Shown: positions 1 to 8,653 of the stretch, in pieces
Layout: every line of letters starts with the position of its first letter
How positions within the stretch are numbered: the first letter of the stretch is position 1
Origin: Polynucleobacter necessarius
GTDB taxonomy: Bacteria > Pseudomonadota > Gammaproteobacteria > Burkholderiales > Burkholderiaceae
Direction of reading: 5' to 3'
DNA length: 32,000 nucleotides
Assembly: GCF_900095195.1 (NCBI RefSeq)
Contig: NZ_LT606950.1
Location: 336,164-368,163 of the forward strand
Made by a program: the position numbers and the translations under genes
Notes under the pieces: generated by a model
Databases searched by the model: none
Told to the model about the DNA's origin: nothing
What the model saw: only the letters and a program-made list of their open reading frames with translations

Positions 1-579
1 ATGCCAGCGCTTCACTGTCACCTCATCGTCAAGGCGCGCAACCACAATGTCACCATTGCGAACTTCGGTTGTTTTTCTGACGGCCAAATAATCGCCATCC
101 AAAATTCCGGCGTTACGCATACTCATGCCTTTTACTTTTAATAAGTAATCCGCACCTTTGCTAAATAAGCTTGGATCAATAGGCACTTGTTTCTCAATGT
201 GCTCAACCGCCATGATGGGTGAGCCCGCAGCAACACGACCAATGAGGGGCAGTGTCAATTGTTGAAGCGCACCCGAGGGTAGCGATAGCTGTCGATATTG
301 ATTGGCGCGCTGCGTTTGATTGAAGCGTTGTGGAATGCGAATGCCGCGAGAAGTGCCGGGCGTTAATTCGATATAGCCTTTTTTTGCGAGTGCGCGCAAA
401 TGTTCTTCCGCTGCATTGGCAGAGGCAAATCCCAACTGGGCTGCAATTTCTGCGCGCGTGGGCGGTAAACCGCTCTCATCGATAGCTTTGGTAATCAAAT
501 CCAAAATCTCACTCTGACGGGCGGTGAGCTTGGGGAGGGTGGTCAACTCCTCGGAAAAATCAACTGTATTTATGTCCAT
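1..579 (-). CDS. lexA: LexA repressor, partial (C-terminal end lies beyond position 1)
   Basis: Absent from the ORF track because it runs off the window edge. My minus-strand translation from ATG (579..577) gives [83 protein letters not shown]...[11 protein letters not shown]...[24 protein letters not shown]...[16 protein letters not shown]. This shows the LexA winged-helix domain, the Ala-Gly cleavage site and the GMSM catalytic Ser motif. The start is uncertain, since homologs usually begin about 5 aa before LTARQ. Confidence 0.9.
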   Translation of the reverse strand, partial: MDINTVDFSEELTTLPKLTARQSEILDLITKAIDESGLPPTRAEIAAQLGFASANAAEEHLRALAKKGYIELTPGTSRGIRIPQRFNQTQRANQYRQLSLPSGALQQLTLPLIGRVAAGSPIMAVEHIEKQVPIDPSLFSKGADYLLKVKGMSMRNAGILDGDYLAVRKTTEVRNGDIVVARLDDEVTVKRWH

Positions 580-598
580 ACTGGGATTGTATACAGCA
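579..598 (-). promoter_or_regulatory. SOS-box-like LexA operator abutting the lexA start codon
   Basis: Plus strand tactgggattgtatacagca reads TGCTGTATACAATCCCAGTA on the minus strand. That is CTGT-N8-CCAG, one mismatch from the CTGT-N8-ACAG consensus, and the conserved CTG and CAG triplets are present. It lies in the 59-bp divergent lexA/asparaginase spacer. Confidence 0.4.
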
Positions 599-638
599 CT
601 TTTGGAGAATTCAAGTCATTTACAGGTGATAATGGGGC

Positions 639-1672
639 ATGACAATCCAGAGCGCTTCTGAAATTACCTCTCATATCCTGGTTTTGGGGGTTGGCGGCAC
701 CATTGCGGGTGTAGCTAGAGACCCATCCAAGCCGTTTACCTACACTGCGGGGCAACTAGAGATCGGCGCTATTTTAGAGAAGTTGGGAGCAGGCTTACCA
801 AGCTCGGTAAAACTGGTGTCACGGCAAATGGCCAATATTGACAGCGGGGATCTTAGTGAAGAACTACTAACCCAGATCGCCAATACAGTTATAGATGAGC
901 TGCCGAATCCATTATTAAAAGGGATTGTGATTACCCACAGTACCGATACCGTTGAAGAAACGGGATTTTTTCTGGACAGCACTTGTGGCAAGCTTGCTGA
1001 AAAATTAGGCAAAAGGGTGGTCTTAACCGGTGCAATGCTGCCTTCCAATGCTGCGAGGGCGGATGGCCCGCAGAACCTCGCGGATGCCATCCAATGGGCT
1101 GACACTGCGCCTGAAAATTGCCCAGGTGGGGTATTTGCCGTTTTTGCTGGCAAGGTTTGCATGGCACGGGATTTGGCAAAGCGCCATACGAACACCTTCA
1201 ATGCCCCGCTAATGGATTCACCATACTCCACAACCGGGTTGATTAACCCCTCATGGTTGTCACGTGTAAAAGCTGTCCAGTCTGCGTTGAGTGAAGATTT
1301 GCCAGTTCCACAGGGTGTTGGCCTTGGGTGGAGATTGTTACTAGCCATCCTAGCGCACGGCCGCAGTCTATCGATGCGTTGCTCGGAGCGGGTGTTGAGG
1401 GGTTGGTGCTGGCCGGCACAGGAATGGGCGGCGTTCATCAGTCATGGTTGGGGCCTCTCAAACAAGCGCAGATTCATGGTGTTGGCCTAGTTGGGGCATC
1501 CAGGACGGGGGCTGGCCTGACGGTAGCCATTTGGGATGGTTTGGACTCCGTGTCTGCAGGGGAGTTAAATCCGCCAAAAGCCAAAATTGCCCTTCAGCTA
1601 GCGCTGAATGCCGCAAAGAACCCCAAAGCAAATTCTAGATCCCTGACTTGGCAGGGTTTTTTGCTAGAATAG
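639..1672 (+). pseudogene. L-asparaginase (asparaginase/glutaminase family), frameshifted
   Basis: ORF 639..1490 carries the N-terminal asparaginase motifs VLGVGGTIAG and ITHSTDTVEETGFFLD. The C-terminal domain (VEIVTSHPSARPQSIDALLGAGVEGLVLAGTGMGGVH...) continues in the -1 frame as ORF 1328..1672. The second frame is open only from 1295, so the shift lies within 1295..1327. Confidence 0.8.
1641..1662 (+). terminator. Putative rho-independent terminator overlapping the asparaginase 3' end
   Basis: ccctg-acttgg-caggg followed by tttttt. The stem is only 5 bp, so this is weak. Confidence 0.35.
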
Positions 1673-1818
1673 TGGTCTTGCCTGAATTTCGGTAAGGATT
1701 TAAAAAGTGTTGTGAGCAGTACCTACAATTTGTTACTACCTTGTCACACTGGCGCTAGTTTCCAAACCATCAGAAATTAGCAAGACGCCCAGGTGACTTT
1801 ATCCTTAAGGAGTGTTTG

Positions 1819-2193
1819 ATGCGTCATTATGAAATCGTCTTTATCGTCCATCCGGACCAAAGCGAGCAAGTGCCGGCGATGATCGATCGCTACAAAGCTA
1901 TATTAGCAGCTGCGGGCGGCAAAATTCATCGTATTGAAGATTGGGGTCGTCGTCAGATGGCTTACATGATCGATAAGCTTGCCAAGGCCCACTACGTTTG
2001 CATGAACATTGAGTGCGACCAGAAAACTCTGGAAGAGCTCGAGCATGCGTTCAAATTTAACGATGCTGTTTTGCGTCACCTCATCATCAAAACTAAGAAA
2101 GCAGAAACTGAGCCTTCTATCATGATGAAAGAAGTGCAACGTGAGGAAGCGCGTAAATCTGCTCAAGCCGACGCTCCTGTAGCGGCGGAATAA
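1819..2193 (+). CDS. rpsF: 30S ribosomal protein S6
   Basis: [29 protein letters not shown]... is a canonical S6 sequence. AGGAG sits 6 nt upstream of ATG 1819. The track's TTG at 1816 is probably not the start. Confidence 0.97.
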   Translation: MRHYEIVFIVHPDQSEQVPAMIDRYKAILAAAGGKIHRIEDWGRRQMAYMIDKLAKAHYVCMNIECDQKTLEELEHAFKFNDAVLRHLIIKTKKAETEPSIMMKEVQREEARKSAQADAPVAAE

Positions 2194-2251
2194 GTTCGAA
2201 ATTTGAAGGGGAATACACAGCTAGAGAACGTATCAGAGAAGCGGGGCGGCG

Positions 2252-2545
2252 TTGAATCATTTCACCCTCACTGCAATCTTGGTATCTAAAGACGCGATTC
2301 GATTTACACCAGCAGGAATACCGGTGATGCATTGTCAGCTTGAACACAGCGGACAAGTAAACGAGGTAGGAGTAGCTAGGAAAATTCAGATGAGTGTTGA
2401 AGCCATTGCAATCGGTCCAATACAACGGGATCTCGACAAGATGGATTTAGGAGCCGAGGCGGTGTTTGAAGGATTCTTAGCACCGAAGACTCTACGTAAT
2501 CAAAGACTGGTTTTCCACATTAACCATATTCAATTAAAAATTTAA
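2252..2545 (+). CDS. priB: Primosomal replication protein PriB (ssDNA-binding fold)
   Basis: 97-aa ORF with a TTG start, in the conserved position between rpsF and rpsR. The sequence is PriB-like ([29 protein letters not shown]...). Confidence 0.85.
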   Translation: MNHFTLTAILVSKDAIRFTPAGIPVMHCQLEHSGQVNEVGVARKIQMSVEAIAIGPIQRDLDKMDLGAEAVFEGFLAPKTLRNQRLVFHINHIQLKI

Positions 2546-2558
2546 AGAGGAAATCATC

Positions 2559-2831
2559 ATGGCGTTTGGAAAGAAACCAGATTTCAAAAAGAAACCCGCT
2601 CAGAATTCATTGTTCAAGCGTAAGCGTTATTGCCGTTTCACTGTTGCTGGCGTAGAACAGATCGACTACAAAGATGTAGACACATTGAAGGACTTTATTG
2701 GCGAAAACGCCAAGATCACTCCTGCTCGTTTGACAGGCACAAAAGCGAAATACCAGCGTCAGTTAGACACTGCTATCAAGCGTGCTCGTTTCTTGGCTTT
2801 GTTGCCATTCTCAGATCAACACAGAAAATAA
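2559..2831 (+). CDS. rpsR: 30S ribosomal protein S18
   Basis: ...[65 protein letters not shown] is canonical S18. AGAGGA RBS is present. Confidence 0.97.
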   Translation: MAFGKKPDFKKKPAQNSLFKRKRYCRFTVAGVEQIDYKDVDTLKDFIGENAKITPARLTGTKAKYQRQLDTAIKRARFLALLPFSDQHRK

Positions 2832-2844
2832 TTGGGAGCCCTCA

Positions 2845-3297
2845 ATGCAAATCATTCTTTTAGAAAAAGTAACAAACTTGGGCAATCTCGGTGACGTCGT
2901 TCGCGTTAAAGACGGTTTCGCTCGTAACTTCTTAATCCCACAACGTAAAGCGCGTCGTGCAACTGAAGCAGCGATTGCTGACTTTGCAGCGCGTCGTGCT
3001 GAGTTGGAAAAATTGGCTGCTGAAAAATTGGCTGCTGCTGAAGCAGTTGGCGTCAAGCTTAAAGATTTGGTCCTTGAGGCCAATCAAAAAGCTGGCGTTG
3101 ACGGTCGCTTGTTTGGTTCTGTAACCAATCATGACATCGCGGACGCATTGAAAGGTAAAGGTTTCACAATTGAGAAGGCTTCTATCCGTATGCCAACTGG
3201 CCCATTGAAAATGGTTGGTGATCATCCAGTGGCGGTTGTTGTACATACCGACGTCGTGGTTGACATCACAATTCGTGTGGTTGGCGAACAATCTTAG
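2845..3297 (+). CDS. rplI: 50S ribosomal protein L9
   Basis: [36 protein letters not shown]... is canonical L9. ATG at 2845 is preceded by GGGAG. The track ORF starts upstream at 2782. Confidence 0.97.
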   Translation: MQIILLEKVTNLGNLGDVVRVKDGFARNFLIPQRKARRATEAAIADFAARRAELEKLAAEKLAAAEAVGVKLKDLVLEANQKAGVDGRLFGSVTNHDIADALKGKGFTIEKASIRMPTGPLKMVGDHPVAVVVHTDVVVDITIRVVGEQS

Positions 3298-3317
3298 TTC
3301 GCCTGTAAACTAGCCTC

Positions 3318-4757
3318 ATGGCTGAATCCCGTTCACGTTCCGTTACGCTGAATCCCGGCATGGCGGGTTCTGGGGATGCGGTCGTGCAGGCTCTAAAAGT
3401 TCCTCCCCATTCTGTAGAAGCCGAGCAATCCTTGCTCGGTGGTCTACTGATCGATAACTCAGCTTGGGACAACCTTGGCGGAGTTCTCAACAACAAAGAT
3501 TTCTATCGCCCTGAGCATGCATTGATCTACAAGGTTATTGCGCGCCTCATAAGCGACAATCATCCTGCTGATGTCATTACTGTGTATGACGCAGTGAGGT
3601 CAGAGCAGGGTGGCGACTTAGTCAGCGTTGACTATCTCAATTCCTTAGCACAAAACACACCGAGCGCAGCCAATATCAAGGGCTATGCGGATATCGTGCG
3701 CGACCGCAGTATTTTGCGTCGCCTGATTGAGGTATCGGACAGTATTGTGAGCTCGGCATTTGTGCCTGAGGGTCGTACGGTTCGCACGCTTCTGGATGAG
3801 GCTGAGACTCGCATCTTGCAAATTGGTGAAGATGGCAGTCGTAAGGCCGATTACCTCGAAATCGAGCCCCTATTGCGCTCTGTAGTCGCCAGAATTGACG
3901 AGTTGTATAACCGCCAAGGCGGTAGCGACATTACTGGGATAGCTACAGGGTTTATTGATCTCGATAAACAAACCAGTGGTCTGCAAAAAGGTGACTTAGT
4001 GATTGTTGCTGGGAGACCCTCGATGGGCAAGACAGCCTTCGCACTCAATATCGCTGAGAACGTAGCGCTCGCTGAAGGTTTGCCGGTTGTGGTGTTCTCT
4101 ATGGAGATGTCCGGTGAGCAATTGGCGGCACGTTTGTTGGGATCGGTTGGGCGCGTCGATCAGAGTCGTATGCGTACCGGTAAGTTGCAAGACGATGAGT
4201 GGCCACGGGTAACGGATGCCATTGCTCGCCTTAGTAATACGCAAATCCTCATTGATGAAACCGGTTCATTATCGAGTCTCGAGTTGCGTGCACGCGCACG
4301 TCGTATTGCCAGAAACTTTGGTGGCACACTTGGTCTAGTGGTGATTGATTACTTACAGTTGATGAGTGGCTCAGGTTCTGAGAATCGTGCTACCGAAATT
4401 TCTGAAATCTCCCGTTCATTGAAGTCACTTGCCAAAGAACTGCAATGTCCAGTCGTGGCGCTCTCGCAGTTAAACCGCGGTCTTGAACAACGTCCCAATA
4501 AGCGACCCATCATGTCCGATCTTCGTGAGTCGGGCGCGATTGAGCAAGATGCTGACTTGATCATGTTTATCTATCGTGATGAGGTCTATCACCCAGACAC
4601 CACTACTGATAAGGGCGTGGCTGAGATCATCATTGGTAAGCAGCGTAATGGCCCTATTGGAACGGTTCGCTTGAGCTGGCAAGGCCCCTATACCAAGTTT
4701 GATAACTTGGCTTTGGGCTCAATCGGTTATTCCTCAGGCGGCTACGAGCCGTTCTAA
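3318..4757 (+). CDS. dnaB: Replicative DNA helicase DnaB
   Basis: 479 aa. N-terminal PPHSVEAEQSLLGGLL motif, Walker A GRPSMGKT and the RecA-like C-terminal domain are present. Confidence 0.97.
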   Translation: MAESRSRSVTLNPGMAGSGDAVVQALKVPPHSVEAEQSLLGGLLIDNSAWDNLGGVLNNKDFYRPEHALIYKVIARLISDNHPADVITVYDAVRSEQGGDLVSVDYLNSLAQNTPSAANIKGYADIVRDRSILRRLIEVSDSIVSSAFVPEGRTVRTLLDEAETRILQIGEDGSRKADYLEIEPLLRSVVARIDELYNRQGGSDITGIATGFIDLDKQTSGLQKGDLVIVAGRPSMGKTAFALNIAENVALAEGLPVVVFSMEMSGEQLAARLLGSVGRVDQSRMRTGKLQDDEWPRVTDAIARLSNTQILIDETGSLSSLELRARARRIARNFGGTLGLVVIDYLQLMSGSGSENRATEISEISRSLKSLAKELQCPVVALSQLNRGLEQRPNKRPIMSDLRESGAIEQDADLIMFIYRDEVYHPDTTTDKGVAEIIIGKQRNGPIGTVRLSWQGPYTKFDNLALGSIGYSSGGYEPF

Positions 4758-4793
4758 AAAACTTCTATTACAAATTGGTATTACTGAGGCGCT

Positions 4794-5318
4794 TCACTTC
4801 GCTATACGCCTTGCTTCAGTGAATTTTGCTGCCCAATAGGGCGATGTAATGTAGTCGAGTCGCACGGTACCGCCTGCACTAGGTGTGTGTACGAAGCGAC
4901 CTTGACCAACATAAATTCCGACATGGGAATACTTTTCACCCGTGGTATTAAAAAAGACAAGATCGCCTGACGCTGGTGGTTGGTTATCAATGCTTCTGCC
5001 CTGCGTGCTCATCTGTTGAATGGTCCGAGGTAATTTAATACCAGCTGCTTTGTTATAAACATACACAATCAGACCACTGCAATCAAAGCCACCTTTGGGG
5101 GTATTTCCGCCATAGAGATAAGGCACATCGACCAATCCTACGGCAGCAATCGAAATATCTTCGGTTCCAACGCTGATATCTTGCTGAAACTGCGCAACCT
5201 TGGAGGGCCCTGACTTGCTGTTAAAGATGGAGCAGCCTGATAACAGGTAGACACAAATAAAAATGCCGCACCCAACAAGAGTGCAGCATGAGAAGGTTTG
5301 TTTAGAGTGCGTCGGCAC
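4794..5318 (-). CDS. NlpC/P60-family peptidoglycan endopeptidase lipoprotein; C-terminal part of the 727-aa track ORF
   Basis: The segment starting at an internal GTG (5318..5316) reads (V)PTHSKQTFSCCTLVGCGIFICVYLLSGCS, which contains an L-S-G-C lipobox. The NlpC/P60 core follows: YLYGGNTPKGGFDCSGLIVYVY...SHVGIYVGQGRFVHTPS, giving the Cys/His catalytic pair. It has no separate upstream stop, because the phoH frame reads straight into it. Confidence 0.7.
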   Translation of the reverse strand: MPTHSKQTFSCCTLVGCGIFICVYLLSGCSIFNSKSGPSKVAQFQQDISVGTEDISIAAVGLVDVPYLYGGNTPKGGFDCSGLIVYVYNKAAGIKLPRTIQQMSTQGRSIDNQPPASGDLVFFNTTGEKYSHVGIYVGQGRFVHTPSAGGTVRLDYITSPYWAAKFTEARRIAK

Positions 5319-6947
5319 ATGATCCGCAAGACGAGAGCGCTCACCCCGCGCTAGCGTTACGTGACCACTGTGACGCCAACCCTTAAAGCGATCTACTACA
5401 TACGTTAAACCAGAAGAGCCTTCGGTTAAGTAGGGTGTATCGATCTGCGCGATGTTGCCTAAACAGACGATCTTAGTGCCGAGGCCAGCGCGAGTCACTA
5501 AGGTTTTCATTTGTTTTGGCGTGAGGTTTTGCGCTTCATCAATGATGACAAATTTGCTAACAAAAGTTCTGCCGCGCATGAAGTTCATGCTCTTAACTTT
5601 AATGCGGGAGCGAATGAGCTCTTGAGTGGCAGCTCGACCCCATTCACCAGCAGCATCATTGCGTTGGAGTACTTCGAGGTTGTCGTCAAAAGCGCCCATC
5701 CAAGGCTGCATCTTTTCTTCTTCTGTTCCTGGTAGGAAGCCAATATCTTCACCCACCGGCACTGTGGCACGAGTAATGATGATTTCGTTATAACGCTTGC
5801 TGTCCAAAACTTGTTCTAGTCCAGCGGCTAAGGCCAGAAGGGTTTTACCAGTACCGGCTTGACCCAATAGAGTCACAAAATCGACATCTGGGTTCATGAG
5901 CAGGTTCATAGCAAAATTTTGCTCACAATTACGCGCAGTCACACTCCAAACATTGTTCTTTTGGTGTGAGAAATCCCGTAAAGTTTGCAAAAGAGCAGTC
6001 TTGCCATTGATTTCTTTCACCTGAGCATAGAACGGTGTTGAGCCATCAGGATTTTCTTGAAACACAAATTGATTGATCAGCATGCTGGGCACTGTGGGGC
6101 CAGTGACTCGGTAAAACATGGTTCCAGATTTAGAGTCATCCCAGCTCTCCATATCCTTGCCATGCTTTGGCCAAAAGTCTGCAGGCAGTGACATCACACC
6201 TGAATACATTAAGTCACGGTCTTCTAGGACCTGGTCATTGAAATAATCTTCTGCAGGCAAGCCTAAGGCGCGCGCTTTAATGCGCATGTTGATATCTTTG
6301 GATACCAATACAACCTCTTGGCCATTGCGCGTTTTTTGCAGTTCGCTAACCACTGCCAAAATGAGGTTATCACCTTTGCCTTCAGGCAAACCTTCAGGCA
6401 ACGCTTTAGTAGAGAGTTTGGTCTGGAAATACAGGCGGCCCGATACATCTTGGTTGCCAAGTTTATTTAAGGGGATGCCGTCATCCAATGTGCCGCTGGT
6501 GCCAGCAATCAATTGATCCAGCGAGCGGCTTACCGTACGGGCATTGCGCGCAACTTCAGTCATGCCTTTCTTGTGATTATCCAGCTCTTCCAGCGTGGTC
6601 ATTGGGAGGTACAAATCGTGCTCTGAGAAGCGAAATAAGGAGCTTGGGTCATGCATTAAGACGTTGGTGTCCAATACAAACAAGCTAGGAGGGCCAGTAC
6701 GCACTACCCGCTTTGGTTTTGCTGGTGCGGTAGCTTTACCTTCATTGCGCATTGAACTGCGATCCGATTTTATTTTTTCAAGAGCAATTTCCGCTGCGGA
6801 TAAATCTTCCTCAGCATCATTTACCCAATCTGCACTTTTAACCACCACTGGTTTTGCTGGAGCTGGGCGTTTTTTTAAGTCATGAGTATCTTTGCGACTT
6901 AGCTTCACTTGATCAGCAATTTGAGTTGGGATGGGTGGCAATGGCAT
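5319..6947 (-). CDS. PIN-domain PhoH-like ATPase (PhoH2), lacking its own stop codon
   Basis: N-terminal PIN domain (FVLDTNVLMHDP...), PhoH ATPase with Walker A GQAGTGKT, and a conserved C-terminal GERSRLA motif. The likely start is ATG 6947..6945 (MPLPPIP...), preceded by AGGAGAG. After GERSRLADH the frame continues into the NlpC/P60 lipoprotein without a stop. Confidence 0.8.
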
Positions 6948-6960
6948 GCAGACTCTCCTA

Positions 6961-6996
6961 AAAGAAAAAACCGTCAAGCGTAGTGCAGTGACGGTT
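6961..6996 (-). terminator. Rho-independent terminator-like hairpin (minus-strand orientation)
   Basis: 8-bp stem aaccgtca (6969-6976) / tgacggtt (6989-6996) with a 12-nt loop. On the minus strand it is followed by TTTTTTCTTT. It sits about 185 bp downstream of bcp and directly abuts the phoH2 RBS. Confidence 0.45.
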
Positions 6997-7181
6997 TATT
7001 GTGAAACGGGTTGCAAGGGCTTCCAAAAATCGGCGGGGGTTGTTCTCCAAACCTGCTCTGAGATCTTTCAGGTTTTTGATTTAAAGGATTGTCAGACTTC
7101 CCCGTCGCTTACGGTGCATGGATTCACTTTACCCCAAATTTTGGGGTTTGCAAGCACCTTGGAATAAATTGTTGTAAAAAA

Positions 7182-7649
7182 TTACTTAGTAGCTTGGGCA
7201 GCTTGTAATGCCTCTGTCACATGGCCTGGAACCTTTAGGCCGCGCCACTCTTTTGCCAGCTTGCCAGTCGAGTCAAACAGAAAGGTGCTGCGCTCAATGC
7301 CGCGGACCTGCTTGCCGTACATATTCTTCATTTTGATGACGTCAAAGAGCCGGCAAAGCTTTTCTTCTGTATCGGCTACAAGCTCAAACGGTAGGCCCAA
7401 TTTGCTGCGGAAATTGTCGTGTGACTTGAGGCTATCGCGAGAGACGCCAACAACTAAGGTGTTTGTTTTTGTAAACGCATCAATATTATCCCGAAATTCA
7501 CCAGACTCGGCTGTGCAACCAGGCGTCATATCTTTAGGGTAAAAGTACAAAACCAGTTTTTTTCCTTTAGTAGACGCAGGTGAAAACGTGAGGCCCGATG
7601 TCGCTGGAATAGCGCATGCTGGAATAGGTTGGCCGATGGCTATTGTCAT
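7182..7649 (-). CDS. bcp: Peroxiredoxin Bcp (thiol peroxidase)
   Basis: 155 aa. YFYPKDMTPGCTAES peroxidatic Cys motif within an AhpC/TSA fold. Confidence 0.9.
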   Translation of the reverse strand: MTIAIGQPIPACAIPATSGLTFSPASTKGKKLVLYFYPKDMTPGCTAESGEFRDNIDAFTKTNTLVVGVSRDSLKSHDNFRSKLGLPFELVADTEEKLCRLFDVIKMKNMYGKQVRGIERSTFLFDSTGKLAKEWRGLKVPGHVTEALQAAQATK

Positions 7650-7717
7650 GATGGTTCCTTTAAGTGTGCCTCTGTAATGTGTATTTCGTTTATTCTGCGT
7701 TATTTGCTCAAGTTGCT

Positions 7718-8635
7718 CTAATTATCTTGAACAATAAGTTCACCACTGCGATTCGGGATTTCACCCCAAGTCAGTGGTAATACCGCTATTTTATCGAGTT
7801 GGTTGGTGGCTTTCCAAGATTGGTGAAGTTCGCCCATAGTAACAAGGTCGTGGCCTTGATTAAGCCAACCCATCAGTAGTTTTTCAAACGCTGGCAGTAG
7901 TTTTTGACCCTCAAGTTCGGCATGTAATGTGAATACTTGATCGTTTGGGTTGCTATTGGCTATTGCTAGCAGTTTGTTTACTGCGCCAAATGCATCGGCA
8001 CCATCGGTGCCAATCAGTTCATCAAATGTCGGCAAGGTCGTTGGGTACTGCACATGTTTTGCGTTTCCTGATGGCAGTGCGAGTCGGTAAGGCACTAAGT
8101 TCGGCTCTGCTCTGCCATCGGACGAGAATTGGATTCCCCATTGATCAAGTTGCTCAAACGCTGCTTCATTCATTTGCCAACCAGCAGCACCATAGGTTGC
8201 TGGAGTATGGCCAAAAATTTCTACAAAGCGATCCCAACTCTTTTGCATCATCGCTTTTGTCCAGATGGCATCTTGATGGCGAACCGCATCCTGCCAGGCA
8301 ACATGGTCCCAAGTATGAATACCAGTTTCATGACCAGCTTGATCAATCGCGCGCATTTCTGCAGCCGCGTTTTTTCCAATATCTGGACCCGGTAATAAAA
8401 TCCCGTAGAGCAGGGTTTTAATGCCATAGTGCTCTACAACCGAAGTACGACCCACCTTCTTAAGAAAGCCTGGTCGAAATACGCGTTTGAGTGCCCAGCC
8501 AGTATGGTCTGGGCCCAGACTAAATAGAAAGGTAGCTTTTAAACCAAAGCGATCCAGCGTTCTCGCAAGATTGGGCACTCCCTCTCTGGTGCCGCGTAAG
8601 GTATCAACATCTACCTTGAGAGCAATCTTCGCCAT
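7718..8635 (-). CDS. arnD: 4-deoxy-4-formamido-L-arabinose-phosphoundecaprenol deformylase (polysaccharide deacetylase family)
   Basis: The N-terminus KIALKVDVDTLRGTREGVPNLARTL...FLFSLGPD parallels E. coli ArnD (VGLRIDVDTFRGTREGVP...). It lies at the end of the arn cluster. Confidence 0.85.
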   Translation of the reverse strand: MAKIALKVDVDTLRGTREGVPNLARTLDRFGLKATFLFSLGPDHTGWALKRVFRPGFLKKVGRTSVVEHYGIKTLLYGILLPGPDIGKNAAAEMRAIDQAGHETGIHTWDHVAWQDAVRHQDAIWTKAMMQKSWDRFVEIFGHTPATYGAAGWQMNEAAFEQLDQWGIQFSSDGRAEPNLVPYRLALPSGNAKHVQYPTTLPTFDELIGTDGADAFGAVNKLLAIANSNPNDQVFTLHAELEGQKLLPAFEKLLMGWLNQGHDLVTMGELHQSWKATNQLDKIAVLPLTWGEIPNRSGELIVQDN

Positions 8636-8653
8636 GTAACCGAATGCTGGTGC

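Noticed and set aside
740-1438. 232-aa antisense ORF opposite the asparaginase gene
   Set aside because: It has low-complexity Ser/Ala/Pro-rich composition and no recognisable motifs. It fully shadows a gene with clear homology on the other strand, so it is a typical antisense artefact.
1673-1815. Structured rpsF leader (S6:S18 autoregulatory RNA) or a confident promoter upstream of rpsF
   Set aside because: I could only find imperfect pairings, for example GTG..TGTGA / TGTCACAC, and weak -35/-10 candidates. That is not enough to call without a covariance-model search.
5138-5344. 68-aa ORF as an independent small secreted protein
   Set aside because: It overlaps the phoH/nlpC junction in an alternative frame. 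Its signal-peptide-like start is better explained as a possible ancestral nlpC/P60 5' end. It is used as supporting evidence in the fusion finding, not called as a gene.
6300-6947. PIN domain as a VapC-type toxin of a toxin-antitoxin pair
   Set aside because: The PIN domain is covalently fused to a PhoH ATPase, which is the standard PhoH2 architecture. No small antitoxin ORF lies upstream.
4794-6977. The 727-aa ORF as a genuine multidomain PIN-PhoH-NlpC/P60 protein
   Set aside because: An internal lipoprotein signal peptide and lipobox, plus a plausible PhoH C-terminus and TAA in the -1 frame, indicate an accidental read-through fusion. The first ATG (6977) also lies inside a terminator hairpin. 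ATG 6947, which has an AGGAGAG RBS, is the better start.
7131-7147. accccaaaTtttggggt palindrome as the bcp terminator
   Set aside because: There is no U-tract on the minus strand after the hairpin. The better terminator candidate lies at 6961-6996.
7945-8421. 158-aa ORF (and 8129..8395) antisense to arnD; similarly 12420..12788 and 12406..12651 antisense to arnB, 10957..11256 antisense to arnC, and 2932..3291 antisense to rplI
   Set aside because: All are shadow ORFs within strongly supported genes. They lack an RBS and any family signature.
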